In this document: positions 49,192 to 58,838 of the stretch, piece after piece | How positions within the stretch are numbered: the stretch's first letter is position 1 | Layout: each line of letters opens with the position of its first letter | Assembly: GCA_031291875.1 (NCBI GenBank) | Contig: JARLIE010000183.1 | Location: 1,356 to 65,355, forward strand | Reading direction: 5' to 3' | Length of the DNA stretch: 64,000 nt | Origin: Minisyncoccota bacterium | GTDB lineage: Bacteria; Patescibacteriota; Minisyncoccia; Phycocordibacterales; UBA2100 | Position numbers and translations under genes: made by a program | Notes under the pieces: generated by a model | What the model was told of the DNA's origin: nothing | The model's database searches: none | The model's input: the letters and a program-made list of their open reading frames with translations, nothing else

Positions 49192-49262
49192 TTGCCGGAC
49201 TTGGATTCGAACCAAGATACTCGCCTCCAAAGGGCGATGTCCTACCATTAGACGATCCGGCA
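49192..49262 (-). tRNA. tRNA-Gln (anticodon TTG)
   Basis: Acceptor TGCCGGA/TCCGGCA, anticodon arm TCGCC-CTTTGGA-GGCGA, T-loop GTTCGAAT. Confidence 0.95.
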
Positions 49263-49377
49263 GCATCCAAACGAAGCCATAGTAGCAAATGACACGCAAA
49301 TGAGGAAACCATAGTCCCGTTCATGACACGATGGTACCTGGTTCCACAGAGCCGCATCTGGGGTATATACTCCGCCT

Positions 49378-50577
49378 ATGGATATCGAACGAGAAGCAAA
49401 AGAGTTATTGCTCAAGAACCGCCGTACGACCGACGGCCACCAATACACGCTCCCTTCTGCGCAGCACTACCCGTACCAGTGGCTGTGGGATTCTTGTTTT
49501 CACGCGATTATTCTCGCGCAATACGAGCCTGAGGCCGCGCGCCTTGAGATCCAATCGCTTCTGTCACGCCAACTCGACGACGGCATGGTCCCCCACATCA
49601 TTTATTGGGTTCCGGGCTCTTTGCATAATTTTAAGTGGGGCGTCGAAGGCACCAGCTCGCTCACCCAACCGCCGATGATCGCCTATGCGGCATGGGAAAT
49701 TCACCGGCGCGCACCGGATGAAACATTCCTGCCCTCGATCTACCAACAACTACTCTCCTACTATCGCTTTCTCATTGAAAAACGCGATCCGCAGGATGAA
49801 CACCTTGCCGGCATCATCAACCCCGACGAAAGTGGCGAGGATAATTCGCCTCGCTTCGATACGATCTTTTCGGCTCCACCAGACATTTCATACGAAGCAC
49901 ACCAAATGTTGCGTGAAAAACTTGTTGACGAAAACACCGCATGTAATTTCGACGTCGGCTACTTGAGTCGGGAGGGCACATTCTGGGTCAAAGATGTCCT
50001 CTTCAATACAGTGCTGGTAGAAAACTTGCGCGCGCTCAGCCACATCGCTTCCTTTCTCAAACACGAAGAGGGCGAACATTTCGCCAATCAAAACGCGGAA
50101 CTCATCGCAAGCGGTATGCGAGAAAAACTTTTCGACGGTCGCGTCTTCCGCTCTGTCTACGGCCTCGACCACAAACCGCTTCTTGCGGATACGTGGGTCA
50201 AGTTTGCGCCGCTGTTTGCAGGATTGTATTCAACAGAAGAAGCGCAGCGTCTCATCAAAGAATATCTCCTCGATGAAGGAAGTTTCTGGGCCCCGTACGG
50301 TATGCGCACAACTTCCAAACACGAGGCCGCGTATCGGGCCGGAGGTTTTGGCGACAAATTCTCCTGGCGAGGACCAGTTTGGATGTCACCGCACTGGTTT
50401 GTATATCACGGCTTGCAACGATATGGGTATATGGAAGAAGCCGCGCAGCTCCGACAAAAAAGCATTGCGCTGATAGAGCGTTCCGGTTTTCGAGAATGCT
50501 TCAATCCCGAAACAGGCGAAGGAGAAGGCGCCCACGGTTTTACCTGGGGCGCGCTGATCTTGGATATGAATCCTTAG
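49378..50577 (+). CDS. GH63/MGH1-like (alpha/alpha)6 glycoside hydrolase
   Basis: YPYQWLWDSCFHA, TQPP, ESGEDNSPRFD, WRGPVW, GFRECFNP, FTW. Confidence 0.88.
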   Translation: MDIEREAKELLLKNRRTTDGHQYTLPSAQHYPYQWLWDSCFHAIILAQYEPEAARLEIQSLLSRQLDDGMVPHIIYWVPGSLHNFKWGVEGTSSLTQPPMIAYAAWEIHRRAPDETFLPSIYQQLLSYYRFLIEKRDPQDEHLAGIINPDESGEDNSPRFDTIFSAPPDISYEAHQMLREKLVDENTACNFDVGYLSREGTFWVKDVLFNTVLVENLRALSHIASFLKHEEGEHFANQNAELIASGMREKLFDGRVFRSVYGLDHKPLLADTWVKFAPLFAGLYSTEEAQRLIKEYLLDEGSFWAPYGMRTTSKHEAAYRAGGFGDKFSWRGPVWMSPHWFVYHGLQRYGYMEEAAQLRQKSIALIERSGFRECFNPETGEGEGAHGFTWGALILDMNP

Positions 50578-50588
50578 GCTGTGCCGTT

Positions 50589-50711
50589 GCCGGAGCGGAT
50601 AGGTTTTCTGTTTTGTCTGGCGAGGACTGGCGCCCATCGACCCTCCAACCAAGACCACCCAAAATCCCTGCGCTCCGCAGACGACAAAACAGAAAACCCA
50701 TCCGCTGCGGC
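50589..50711. repeat. 123-nt hairpin with 29-bp inverted arms (2 mismatches)
   Basis: GCCGGAGCGGATAGGTTTTCTGTTTTGTC vs GACAAAACAGAAAACCCATCCGCTGCGGC. Confidence 0.88.
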
Positions 50712-51749
50712 TTATTCCCCCTTACAAATATCAATAACCGCAAGTTCAAGCGGCAAATGAACGACGGCGGCATAGGCCATCGTCGAGTACGCATCAAGGA
50801 GCATGCGAAGCGTCTCCGAATTCACACCTCGTTCTTTGGAGATCTCCTTGGCGAGTTCAACATCTTCAGCCGACAATTCTTTTGAAAATTCTTCCGCCAA
50901 CTCCGGAGCATACCGAATGAGCAGCACGACCCGCATTCGATGGATCAAAAGCTTCGCGAGTGTTCGCGCGTCGAGATTTTGCGAGACAGCTTCGTGGATA
51001 GCGCGCAGTGCGAGCGTCGCATCTTTTTTGGCGATGCCGGAGAGAAGGTTTCGCACGAGAGCGCCGCGCGGCGCCCCAGAAACCTGTTCGATTTCGGCAA
51101 GGTCGATCTTTTTGTCGGAAGAAACGGCGAGTACTTTTTGCAAAATAGAAAGCGCGTCGCGAAACGACCCTTCTGCAAGCAGGGCCACCAGCTCCGCTGC
51201 GGAGCGCTCGATCGCGTATCCCTCTTTCTTCGCGACATCTTGCACCGCCTGTGCGAGCACGTCGCGCGTCGGCTGTTTAAAGGTGTAGATCTCGCAGCGC
51301 GACTGGATGGTGTCGGGCACCTTATCCCGTTCGGTCGTCGCGAGCACGAAGATCGCATGCGCCGGCGGTTCTTCAAGCGTCTTCAAAAGCGCATTCCATG
51401 CCTGACGCGAGAGCATGTGCGCCTCGTCGATAATATAAAACTTGTACTTCGAGTCGAACGGAGAGGTTTGCACGCCTTCGCGCAGCTCGCGGATGTTGTC
51501 GACGCCGGTATTCGATGCCGCGTCGATTTCGTAGAGATCTTTGTCGGAAACGCCGAGCTCCTTGGCGAGGATACGAGCAACGGAGGTCTTCCCGGTCCCT
51601 CGCGTTCCGGCAAAAAGATAGGCATGCGCGATCTTATTATTCTTGATCGCCTTTTCGAGTGTCTCTGTCACCTGCTCCTGGCCGCGCACTTCATCGAACG
51701 AATGCGGGCGGTATTCGCGATACAAAGTGGCATGGCGCTCTTTTGTCAT
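50712..51749 (-). CDS. dnaX: DNA polymerase III subunit gamma/tau (short form)
   Basis: LYREYRP, GTRGTGKT, EIDAAS, IIDEAHML, TIQSRC, GSFRDA. Confidence 0.95.
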   Translation of the reverse strand: MTKERHATLYREYRPHSFDEVRGQEQVTETLEKAIKNNKIAHAYLFAGTRGTGKTSVARILAKELGVSDKDLYEIDAASNTGVDNIRELREGVQTSPFDSKYKFYIIDEAHMLSRQAWNALLKTLEEPPAHAIFVLATTERDKVPDTIQSRCEIYTFKQPTRDVLAQAVQDVAKKEGYAIERSAAELVALLAEGSFRDALSILQKVLAVSSDKKIDLAEIEQVSGAPRGALVRNLLSGIAKKDATLALRAIHEAVSQNLDARTLAKLLIHRMRVVLLIRYAPELAEEFSKELSAEDVELAKEISKERGVNSETLRMLLDAYSTMAYAAVVHLPLELAVIDICKGE

Positions 51750-51886
51750 GGAGAGCAGTATACCCAAAAAGAACGACGTATGGGAACTGCTTCTGCGCGG
51801 ACTGTTTGTCGACGAAGACCAAATAAAAAGGCCGGCAGGGAGTTCCTGCCGGCCTACTTTGTGTTTTTCCTTGCGTCGCGAGGAAT

Positions 51887-53536
51887 TTACTCGCGCTTGA
51901 GGAAGATCATTTGCGGCGTCATCGCGGGATGAATGACGATTTCCGCAGCTTCGTAGCCGCTCTCGCGCCGTGCAGCGATCGCTGCTGCGCGCTGTGGCGC
52001 CGCCTCAGGACCAAGCTTCAGCGAAACAAGGTCGATGTCGACGAACCTACCCAGCCCGACAAGACTGATGTGCACGGGCAACAGTTCAGCCAATTGATGA
52101 GACTGCCCGTTGGATCCGTTCCCGTTCGAATGCCGGATGGCAGGTGCGACATCTTCAGCGTGAGCCGGCATGCTGGCGGGCATCGGCTGTTCGTGCGAAG
52201 CCTTCGCGACCTGTTTCTCCAGCTTCGCAGCCGGCTTCTCAGGCTTCGGGCTTTTCTTCTCGCGCTTCGTGAGTCGCTCCTTGATTGCGGCGACCTGGTC
52301 GGCCGAGGAGAGATCGGCCAATCCGAACAAAAACGAGATCGGAAGATGCTGCGCGCCGAGCGCTTTCCAGGCAGATTGCGTCAAGTTATTGAGCTTGAGA
52401 ATGTTGGTGGCCCAGGTTGCCCCGCTTGAACCGCCGTATCCGAACGCTTCGCCGATTGCGGTTCTGGTCTCGCCATTTTGGGAGAGGGTCATGGCCGCGG
52501 TGAGCACCTCGCTCACGTGCGGATATTCCTCGCCGCTCGATTTCGCTTCGGCATACCTCGACACGATCTTCTTGGCTTCTTGAAGCTCGTCGTTATCCAT
52601 CGGTATAGACTCCTTCTCTGTGGTTGCCTCACTTTCTTGCGCGTCGGCATGGGCCGGCAGCGTCGTCTCATCCACCGCCGGAGCGGCGTGTAGCTTCGTG
52701 TTGAGCGTGGCAGCGGAAGTTGAGATTTCTCTGATCGTTGCACCTGCCGATTCTCGCGGCTGTTCCTCGAGCGTTACCGCGAATTCGACGCTCTGTTTTT
52801 CGCGCTCATGCTCGTGCGAAAGCGACAGCTCATCAGCGTCCTCTTCGAGACTTTCGTCGTCGAGTTCGAAAGACGCGTTTGGATCATCACTTTGTTTTGC
52901 GGCGAGCTTGAATTTTTCGTTACGTTCGCGCTCGTTGTAATCCAGCAAGATTTTTCCTGCCTTTATAAGCCGGTCGCGTTCTCGCTCGATATGCCCGAGT
53001 CTGAGTTTACGGAAGACAATCGGTAGCGCTTCGGCGGCCGAACGGACGCCGTAGTTCTTCTTTGCGAGCTCGCGATTCACGTACGTTTCGTCGTAGCCGT
53101 ACGCAAACCAGTGCAGCACTTGTCGTTCGCCTCCGCTAAGTTCCTTGAGGCGAGCACACTCTTCGTTCGTCGAACTTGGCATTTTATTCACCTCCCTATC
53201 TTCAAGCCGTGTTCGCAGCCACGAAAGCCCTTGCTGAACGGGTTGCGACGTGGTTATCGGCCGATCGCCCTGATGCAGCTCACACAAACCGAGCACCGGA
53301 TTAACGACCTTTTTCGGATCGCTTACGTGCAGCTCGAGACATTTGCGGCACAAACGAAGCGCCGAATTACAGTTTGATCCGCAGCATCCTTGCAGATTAC
53401 GTTGGTACAAACGCGTAAAATCAGCGCACGCATCCTTTTCCGCACCGTTTTCACGGAACGGACATATATGAGGAAAGGAGGTACGCTGCTGACCTCCTTT
53501 GCGCTCTATTCGCACAATTTGGTCTTCGTACGGCAT
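51887..53536 (-). CDS. Multidomain putative DNA-binding protein (Cys-rich N-terminus, LuxR-like HTH, ParB-like HTH)
   Basis: AAGGAGG RBS, own terminator at 51825-51860; domain calls by eye. Confidence 0.7.
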   Translation of the reverse strand: MPYEDQIVRIERKGGQQRTSFPHICPFRENGAEKDACADFTRLYQRNLQGCCGSNCNSALRLCRKCLELHVSDPKKVVNPVLGLCELHQGDRPITTSQPVQQGLSWLRTRLEDREVNKMPSSTNEECARLKELSGGERQVLHWFAYGYDETYVNRELAKKNYGVRSAAEALPIVFRKLRLGHIERERDRLIKAGKILLDYNERERNEKFKLAAKQSDDPNASFELDDESLEEDADELSLSHEHEREKQSVEFAVTLEEQPRESAGATIREISTSAATLNTKLHAAPAVDETTLPAHADAQESEATTEKESIPMDNDELQEAKKIVSRYAEAKSSGEEYPHVSEVLTAAMTLSQNGETRTAIGEAFGYGGSSGATWATNILKLNNLTQSAWKALGAQHLPISFLFGLADLSSADQVAAIKERLTKREKKSPKPEKPAAKLEKQVAKASHEQPMPASMPAHAEDVAPAIRHSNGNGSNGQSHQLAELLPVHISLVGLGRFVDIDLVSLKLGPEAAPQRAAAIAARRESGYEAAEIVIHPAMTPQMIFLKRE

Positions 53537-53602
53537 AACGAACCTCCTTCCGAGAGTTCCGCTCTTGTGATGTGAAAGAGCGAGCCGTCCATCACAGTAG
53601 CG

Positions 53603-54571
53603 TCATTTTGACACTTGTCCAATCCCATTCAACACTTTAAGCGCTTCCGTAGCCGAGTTCGTTTCCATCAGCTGAATACGAAGATCTTTTGCACCGTCCC
53701 AGCCGGAAATGTATGCCTTGAAATGCTTTTTCATTGTCGCGAAATTTGAGACCTCGCCGAGCAGCTCATCAAAGAGTTTAATGTGCTGTATCAACGACTC
53801 TATGCGCTCTTGCGGCGTCGGCGGATCTTTGCGGTCGGCAAAAAGCCATGGGTTACCGAAAATCGCTCTGCCAAGCATCACTCCGTCGCAATTTGTCGCG
53901 GCGACTTTCGCACGAGCGTCGTTGAGATCCGTAACGTCTCCGTTGCCGATGAGTCGTGTTTGCGGCGAATACTCATCGCGTAAGGCAACGGCCCTCGCGA
54001 TGCGCTCCCAACGCGCTGGCACATCGGAGAGTTCCTTTCTCGTACGCGCGTGAAGAGCGAGCGCGGCAGGATGTTCGCTCAAAAGTTCGGGAATCCAGGT
54101 TTCTAATTCATCAATGTTGTATCCCAAGCGGGTTTTGACCGAAACCGGACCGTCGAACCCAGATTTTGCCGCACGAATAATCTCACGCGCGAGCTGCGGC
54201 GTTTGGATCATTGCCGCGCCACAACCCCCCTTTTCTATCGCACGATCGGGGCAGCCCATATTGATATCGAGCCCGTCGAAGCCGAGCTCTTCCACGATTT
54301 TTGCCGCCGCTTCCATGTGCGCCGGCACCGCTGTAAATAATTGGGCAACGATAGGGCGCTCGATTTCGCTAAACAGCAGCTTGCTGCGCAACTGCTTTTG
54401 CCCGTGTTCATTCGCGAGCAAGAGTCCGTCCGCCGAGGTGAATTCCGTATAGAAAACGTGCGGTTTGCCATGGCGCGCGATATGGCGTCGGAATGCGGCG
54501 TCGGTCACATCCTCGAGTGGCGCGAGGACGAAAAAGGGCTTGGGAAGTTCGCTCCAAAAGTTTTGCACCAC
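53603..54571 (-). CDS. dus: tRNA-dihydrouridine synthase
   Basis: LAPLEDVTD, DINMGCP, SVKTRLG, HARTR, GNGDV, MLGR. Confidence 0.93.
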   Translation of the reverse strand: MVQNFWSELPKPFFVLAPLEDVTDAAFRRHIARHGKPHVFYTEFTSADGLLLANEHGQKQLRSKLLFSEIERPIVAQLFTAVPAHMEAAAKIVEELGFDGLDINMGCPDRAIEKGGCGAAMIQTPQLAREIIRAAKSGFDGPVSVKTRLGYNIDELETWIPELLSEHPAALALHARTRKELSDVPARWERIARAVALRDEYSPQTRLIGNGDVTDLNDARAKVAATNCDGVMLGRAIFGNPWLFADRKDPPTPQERIESLIQHIKLFDELLGEVSNFATMKKHFKAYISGWDGAKDLRIQLMETNSATEALKVLNGIGQVSK

Positions 54572-54712
54572 GAAAACATACCACGCTTTGACACAAAGGT
54601 TGCTGTGGAGAGATACTTGTAAGAGGTAGGGGTTTGTAGCGCGTCCTCTTCTGGCTCTTGTGTTCTCTCGCTATTCTCATTTCGTTTTCATGCAAAACAC
54701 TGAGGTACAGAG

Positions 54713-54892
54713 ATGTCGAAGGGAGATAAAATTCCAGATACCGAGAAGAATTGCGGCTTCTTAACCGCTCCGACAAAACAGGAAGAGCAGGAATGGAGCG
54801 AGGAGCGGTGGCGGGGTCGTTTTCCGGACACGAGCGAACCGGCATTCGAAAAATGGCTTACGGAGCGTCGCAATCGCATGGACCTTTTCTGA
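54713..54892 (+). CDS. Hypothetical small protein (59 aa)
   Basis: Manual translation MSKGDKIPDTEKNCGFLTAPTKQEEQEWSEERW...RMDLF; GAGG RBS, TTGACA upstream, hairpin AAAGGGTCGC-N4-GCGACCCTTT downstream. Confidence 0.55.
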   Translation: MSKGDKIPDTEKNCGFLTAPTKQEEQEWSEERWRGRFPDTSEPAFEKWLTERRNRMDLF

Positions 54893-54931
54893 ACAAAACT
54901 TCCCTATGCAAAGGGTCGCTCGCGCGACCCT

Positions 54932-55855
54932 TTATTTTTGCTTGGTACTGGAAGCCACTCCTTGCGCCTGCCCTTTTAATTTGTAGTAGACCTTGTTTCC
55001 GAAACGTAAATCCACGTACTGCAGATTCTGCTGCTGGCCGGCAAGAGCGTTCGAGGTGAGCACGAGCTGGAGATTATTGACGAGCGCGCCCGGATCCTCG
55101 CCGAAGGACGCATATACGGAGAATCCTTGCGAAAGCGGGACGATAAAATCCTGATCGTTCTGGACGCTCGCCCCAAGCGGCGTAAAACCAGACTGTCCGA
55201 GCAACTGCAAGAACGCGACGAGTCCTTGCGTGTGACCGGGCACGAAGGTTTGCCCGATCGGCGCAGAGGAGGTGGAAACGCCGCCAGTAAATACATATTC
55301 CCCGGAACTGGTCGCATTTGGCGGGACCTGCGAAAAGATAAAGCCACCCTGATCCATCGCGTAGCAAGCGGGAATCGAGTCGGAAGAGCACCAGATTGCA
55401 AACGCCTGTCGCTCCACGATTGTGATCGTAATCGAGTTTGAAAACGCATCACCGGTGATGGTCGCAGACGCGACGCGTGGAAACTCGCGCGGGATATCCT
55501 GCTCGATTACCGCTTTTGGATACAAAAGAACGTTTGCTCTCGAGAAGAAGTGGTGGGAACCGTCGTAGATGATAGTTTGCGCAAAATCAACGATCGATTT
55601 GGCGGATGTCGCCTGTGCTCCAGTTACTTGAATCGATTCGACGGAATAGCGCGGCAGGTACGAGACATAACTGAGGCACAGTGCGCCCGCAACGAGCAGT
55701 GCGGCGACATACGAGGCAATTACCATTTTCAACCGTCTGCGGCGGATGCGCACGGGAGAAACCCGCTTCTGTGGTCGAAGCACTAGCGGCGCCTGGGCCG
55801 GCACACGGGCACCAGGCCTCTTCTTGCGAAGATCAACTACGTTTCGAGATGACAT
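54932..55855 (-). CDS. FtsQ/DivIB-like cell division protein
   Basis: Basic N-terminus, TM, POTRA-like region, ITIVER, C-terminal YVDLRFGNKVYYK. Confidence 0.8.
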   Translation of the reverse strand: MSSRNVVDLRKKRPGARVPAQAPLVLRPQKRVSPVRIRRRRLKMVIASYVAALLVAGALCLSYVSYLPRYSVESIQVTGAQATSAKSIVDFAQTIIYDGSHHFFSRANVLLYPKAVIEQDIPREFPRVASATITGDAFSNSITITIVERQAFAIWCSSDSIPACYAMDQGGFIFSQVPPNATSSGEYVFTGGVSTSSAPIGQTFVPGHTQGLVAFLQLLGQSGFTPLGASVQNDQDFIVPLSQGFSVYASFGEDPGALVNNLQLVLTSNALAGQQQNLQYVDLRFGNKVYYKLKGQAQGVASSTKQK

Positions 55856-57101
55856 CGGTGCCCATATAACCCCGAAGCGCTTCGGGGACCTGAATCGAGC
55901 CATCCTGCAGCTGGTAGTTCTCTACGACTTGGCAGAGAATTCTCGGCAGCGCGAGCGCGGTGTTGTTGAGCGAGTGCGCGTAGCGCACGGTGCCGTCCTC
56001 ATCGCGATAGCGAATATTGAGGCGTCGCGTTTGAAAGTCGTGGAAATAGGAGGACGAGTGCGTTTCGCGGTAGGTATTTTCGCTCGGCATCCAGGTTTCG
56101 ATGTCGTACTTTTTCACCTGTCCCAGGCCGATATCGCCGCCGCAATTTACAACAACATGGTACGGCAGCTTTAATTCTTGCAAAAGAAGTTCGGAATTCG
56201 CCGTAAGTTCTTCATGCCACTTCACGGATTCGGCGTGGTTGGCTTCGCACAAAACGACCTGCTCGTATTTCATAAATTCGTGGACGCGTACCAACCCCTT
56301 CGTGTCCTTGCCGTGAGAACCAGCTTCGCGGCGAAAACACGCAGAATACGAAAAGAATTTAAGCGGGAGATCTTTTTTCTCGAGCATCTCGTCCATGTAA
56401 TACCCCATTGTCGCCACCTCCGCGGTACCCGCGAGATAGTCGCTGTCCTGGGTTTTGTAGAGATCTTCTTCGGATTGCGGCAAATACCCCGTACCAACGA
56501 ACGGCTCGCGTCGCACCAAGCTCGGCACAATCATCGGCGTAAAGTCCTTTTGCGCAAAGCGGTTTTGTACGAATTGCTCGAGCGCCCACGCCAGTTTGGC
56601 GCCTGCACCTTTGAGGAAGTAGCCTCGAAAGCCGGCAACTTTCGCGCCGCGTTCGAAATCCGCCATGTCGTTGAACAGCATCAGTTCGACGTGATTCTTG
56701 GGTTCAAACGTGAATACTGGTTTTTCTCCCCATGTTCGAACCTGTACATTGTCCGCGTCAGATTCCCCTTCCGGCACGGAAATATCCGGCACGTTCGGCA
56801 CCTGTACCATCAAGGCGCGCCATTCCTGCATGACCTGTTGCATCTTTTCTTCCTGCGCAGTAAGCGTCTCCTTCAAGGTTTTCATCTCGAGAAGCAGCGT
56901 GTCTCGACGCGCTTGATCCGCCGACGGTATCTCTTTGCTTACCTGGTTTTGTTTCGAGCGACCCTCGTCGAGCGAAAGCTGCAACGCGCGACGTTCGTCA
57001 TCGAGTTCCAAAAGGCGGTCGATGTCGACCTGTATTCGCTTCTTCTTGGCGCCCGCGATAACGATATCCTTGTTCTCGCGGATGAACTTGATATCAAGCA
57101 T
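55833..57101 (-). CDS. serS: Serine--tRNA ligase
   Basis: MLDIKFIREN start, GTAEV, FRREAG, RVHEF, HSLNNT. Confidence 0.97.
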   Translation of the reverse strand: MLDIKFIRENKDIVIAGAKKKRIQVDIDRLLELDDERRALQLSLDEGRSKQNQVSKEIPSADQARRDTLLLEMKTLKETLTAQEEKMQQVMQEWRALMVQVPNVPDISVPEGESDADNVQVRTWGEKPVFTFEPKNHVELMLFNDMADFERGAKVAGFRGYFLKGAGAKLAWALEQFVQNRFAQKDFTPMIVPSLVRREPFVGTGYLPQSEEDLYKTQDSDYLAGTAEVATMGYYMDEMLEKKDLPLKFFSYSACFRREAGSHGKDTKGLVRVHEFMKYEQVVLCEANHAESVKWHEELTANSELLLQELKLPYHVVVNCGGDIGLGQVKKYDIETWMPSENTYRETHSSSYFHDFQTRRLNIRYRDEDGTVRYAHSLNNTALALPRILCQVVENYQLQDGSIQVPEALRGYMGTDVISKRS

Positions 57102-57119
57102 ATGTAGTAGAATACCATT
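57102..57119. promoter_or_regulatory. Putative bidirectional leaderless promoter (serS/dprA)
   Basis: TAGAAT (+, 57108-57113) overlaps TATTCT (-, 57114-57109); 6 and 7 nt to the respective ATGs. Confidence 0.6.
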
Positions 57120-57977
57120 ATGGAACGGGGTCTCAAACTCCTTGCACGGGAGGATTTTCCTCCATTGCTGCGCGAAATCCCCAGCGTGCCCAAACAGCTG
57201 TATTTGCGAGGCGAACTTCCAAGCTTCGAGCGCAAATGGCTTGCTGTCGTCGGTTCGCGAGCGATGACCCCATACGGCAAGCGCGTCTGCGAACACCTGA
57301 TTGCAGGCCTAAGCGGCTACCCTGTGGTCATAGTCTCCGGCCTCGCGCACGGCGTGGACGCGCAGGCGCATCGCTGCGCGCTCGACGCTGGGCTTCCTAC
57401 CATCGCCGTTCCCGGCTCGGGACTGGACTGGAATGCCCTGTACCCGAAAGCAAATCTTCGTCTTGCGAAAGAAATCATTGAAAAGGGCGGCGCATTGCTC
57501 TCCGAAGAGTCGCCAGAAACCACAGGCGTGGATTGGGTATTTCCGCGTCGCAACAGAATTATGGCCGGTATGTGCGAGGCGACGTTGGTTGTCGAAGCAA
57601 AAGAAAAATCTGGATCGCTGATTACCGCGAAATTTGCGACCGACTTCAACCGCGAACTGCTCGTCGTTCCCGGTTCTATATTTTCGGAAGAGTCGAAAGG
57701 CTCGCATCAATTTTTGCGACTCGGTGCGGCGCCCGCGACCTGTGCCAACGACATTCTCCAAGCGCTTGGTATTACGCCCGAAACGAAAAACGCGACGCAG
57801 CGTGCCGATCTTTCCGCTGAAGAACGTCGAGTTATCGAGCTTATCGCCTCGCCACTTTCGCGCGACGAGCTTATCCGAACGCTTGCGCTGTCCACTCAAG
57901 AGGCCAACATTCTACTCTCGACGATGGAGCTCAAAGGCGTTATCGTCGAAGAACTCGGCGTGATCCGTTCAAAATGA
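57120..57977 (+). CDS. dprA: DNA-protecting protein DprA
   Basis: AVVGSR, VSGLAHGVD, FPRRNRIMAG, SGSLITA, C-terminal wHTH. Confidence 0.96.
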   Translation: MERGLKLLAREDFPPLLREIPSVPKQLYLRGELPSFERKWLAVVGSRAMTPYGKRVCEHLIAGLSGYPVVIVSGLAHGVDAQAHRCALDAGLPTIAVPGSGLDWNALYPKANLRLAKEIIEKGGALLSEESPETTGVDWVFPRRNRIMAGMCEATLVVEAKEKSGSLITAKFATDFNRELLVVPGSIFSEESKGSHQFLRLGAAPATCANDILQALGITPETKNATQRADLSAEERRVIELIASPLSRDELIRTLALSTQEANILLSTMELKGVIVEELGVIRSK

Positions 57978-58747
57978 AAATCTACTCGTGGAACGTATTG
58001 TTTCGAAACAAAGAGCTCGACCGAGCTTTCGCATGTATCCAAACCCTCGAGTTCGATGTGCTCTGTCTGCAAGAAGTCCCGGACGTATTACTCGAACGGC
58101 TCAAGACCCTGCCACTGCACCTGAGATTCGAGGTCGATAACAGCCGACTTGAGGCGGGAAAACGATTCTCAATCTATTGCGTCGTGCTCTCAAAGCACCC
58201 GATTCTTGCAAGCGAGCGCATCGACTTCCCCAAGGTTGAGCGGCCGCTGCGTACGCGATGTTTTCAAGCGACACTTTGGCAGCTTCACGAACTTGGCGAA
58301 CGAGGCAGTTTGTTTGTCGACATCGAAACTCAAAATGGCCGAATGCGTGTTTTTTGTCTGCACCTGACACTCTCGTACCCATCGCAGATCATGCATGAGT
58401 TCGAGATCGCAATGCGCGCACGCGACGTTTCCATTCCGACGATCGTTTGCGGAGACTTCAATATATTAGAATCGCCACACATAACTCCCCTCAATTGGCT
58501 GCTCGGCGGACGTCTGCGCGACAGCTTCGCCTTCCGCAGCACTCGTCGGCACTTCGAAGAAACATTTGCGTTGCTTCGCCTCCAAAACCCGCTTCGTGGA
58601 AGCCCTACACAAACGATTTCTCGATCGCAACTCGATCACATTCTGGTTCCCGTCACGTTTCAGATCGTCCGTGCGAACGTACTTTCGGATCGGATAGGAT
58701 CGGATCACCATCCGGTATTCCTCGAAGCAGCGCCAGGCGTTCATTGA
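57974..58747 (+). CDS. Endonuclease/exonuclease/phosphatase family protein
   Basis: SWNV, CLQEV, GDFN, LDHIL, SDHHPV; ATGA overlap with dprA. Confidence 0.92.
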   Translation: MKIYSWNVLFRNKELDRAFACIQTLEFDVLCLQEVPDVLLERLKTLPLHLRFEVDNSRLEAGKRFSIYCVVLSKHPILASERIDFPKVERPLRTRCFQATLWQLHELGERGSLFVDIETQNGRMRVFCLHLTLSYPSQIMHEFEIAMRARDVSIPTIVCGDFNILESPHITPLNWLLGGRLRDSFAFRSTRRHFEETFALLRLQNPLRGSPTQTISRSQLDHILVPVTFQIVRANVLSDRIGSDHHPVFLEAAPGVH

Positions 58748-58838
58748 TTATTCACCGTAGTGTGGCATATTGCCGCCAGTACTTGTTATTGTTGCGGTGT
58801 TGCGTCGCGTAAGAACCATTCCATGCAAGGAACGCGAC

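Noticed and set aside
31751-57296. Apparent N-terminal extensions on pyrB (from 32878), serS (from 57296), the 47357 gene (from 48067) and ftsQ (from 55903)
   Set aside because: The extensions overlap other real genes; internal ATGs match family N-termini and mostly sit just after -10 motifs or overlap an upstream stop.
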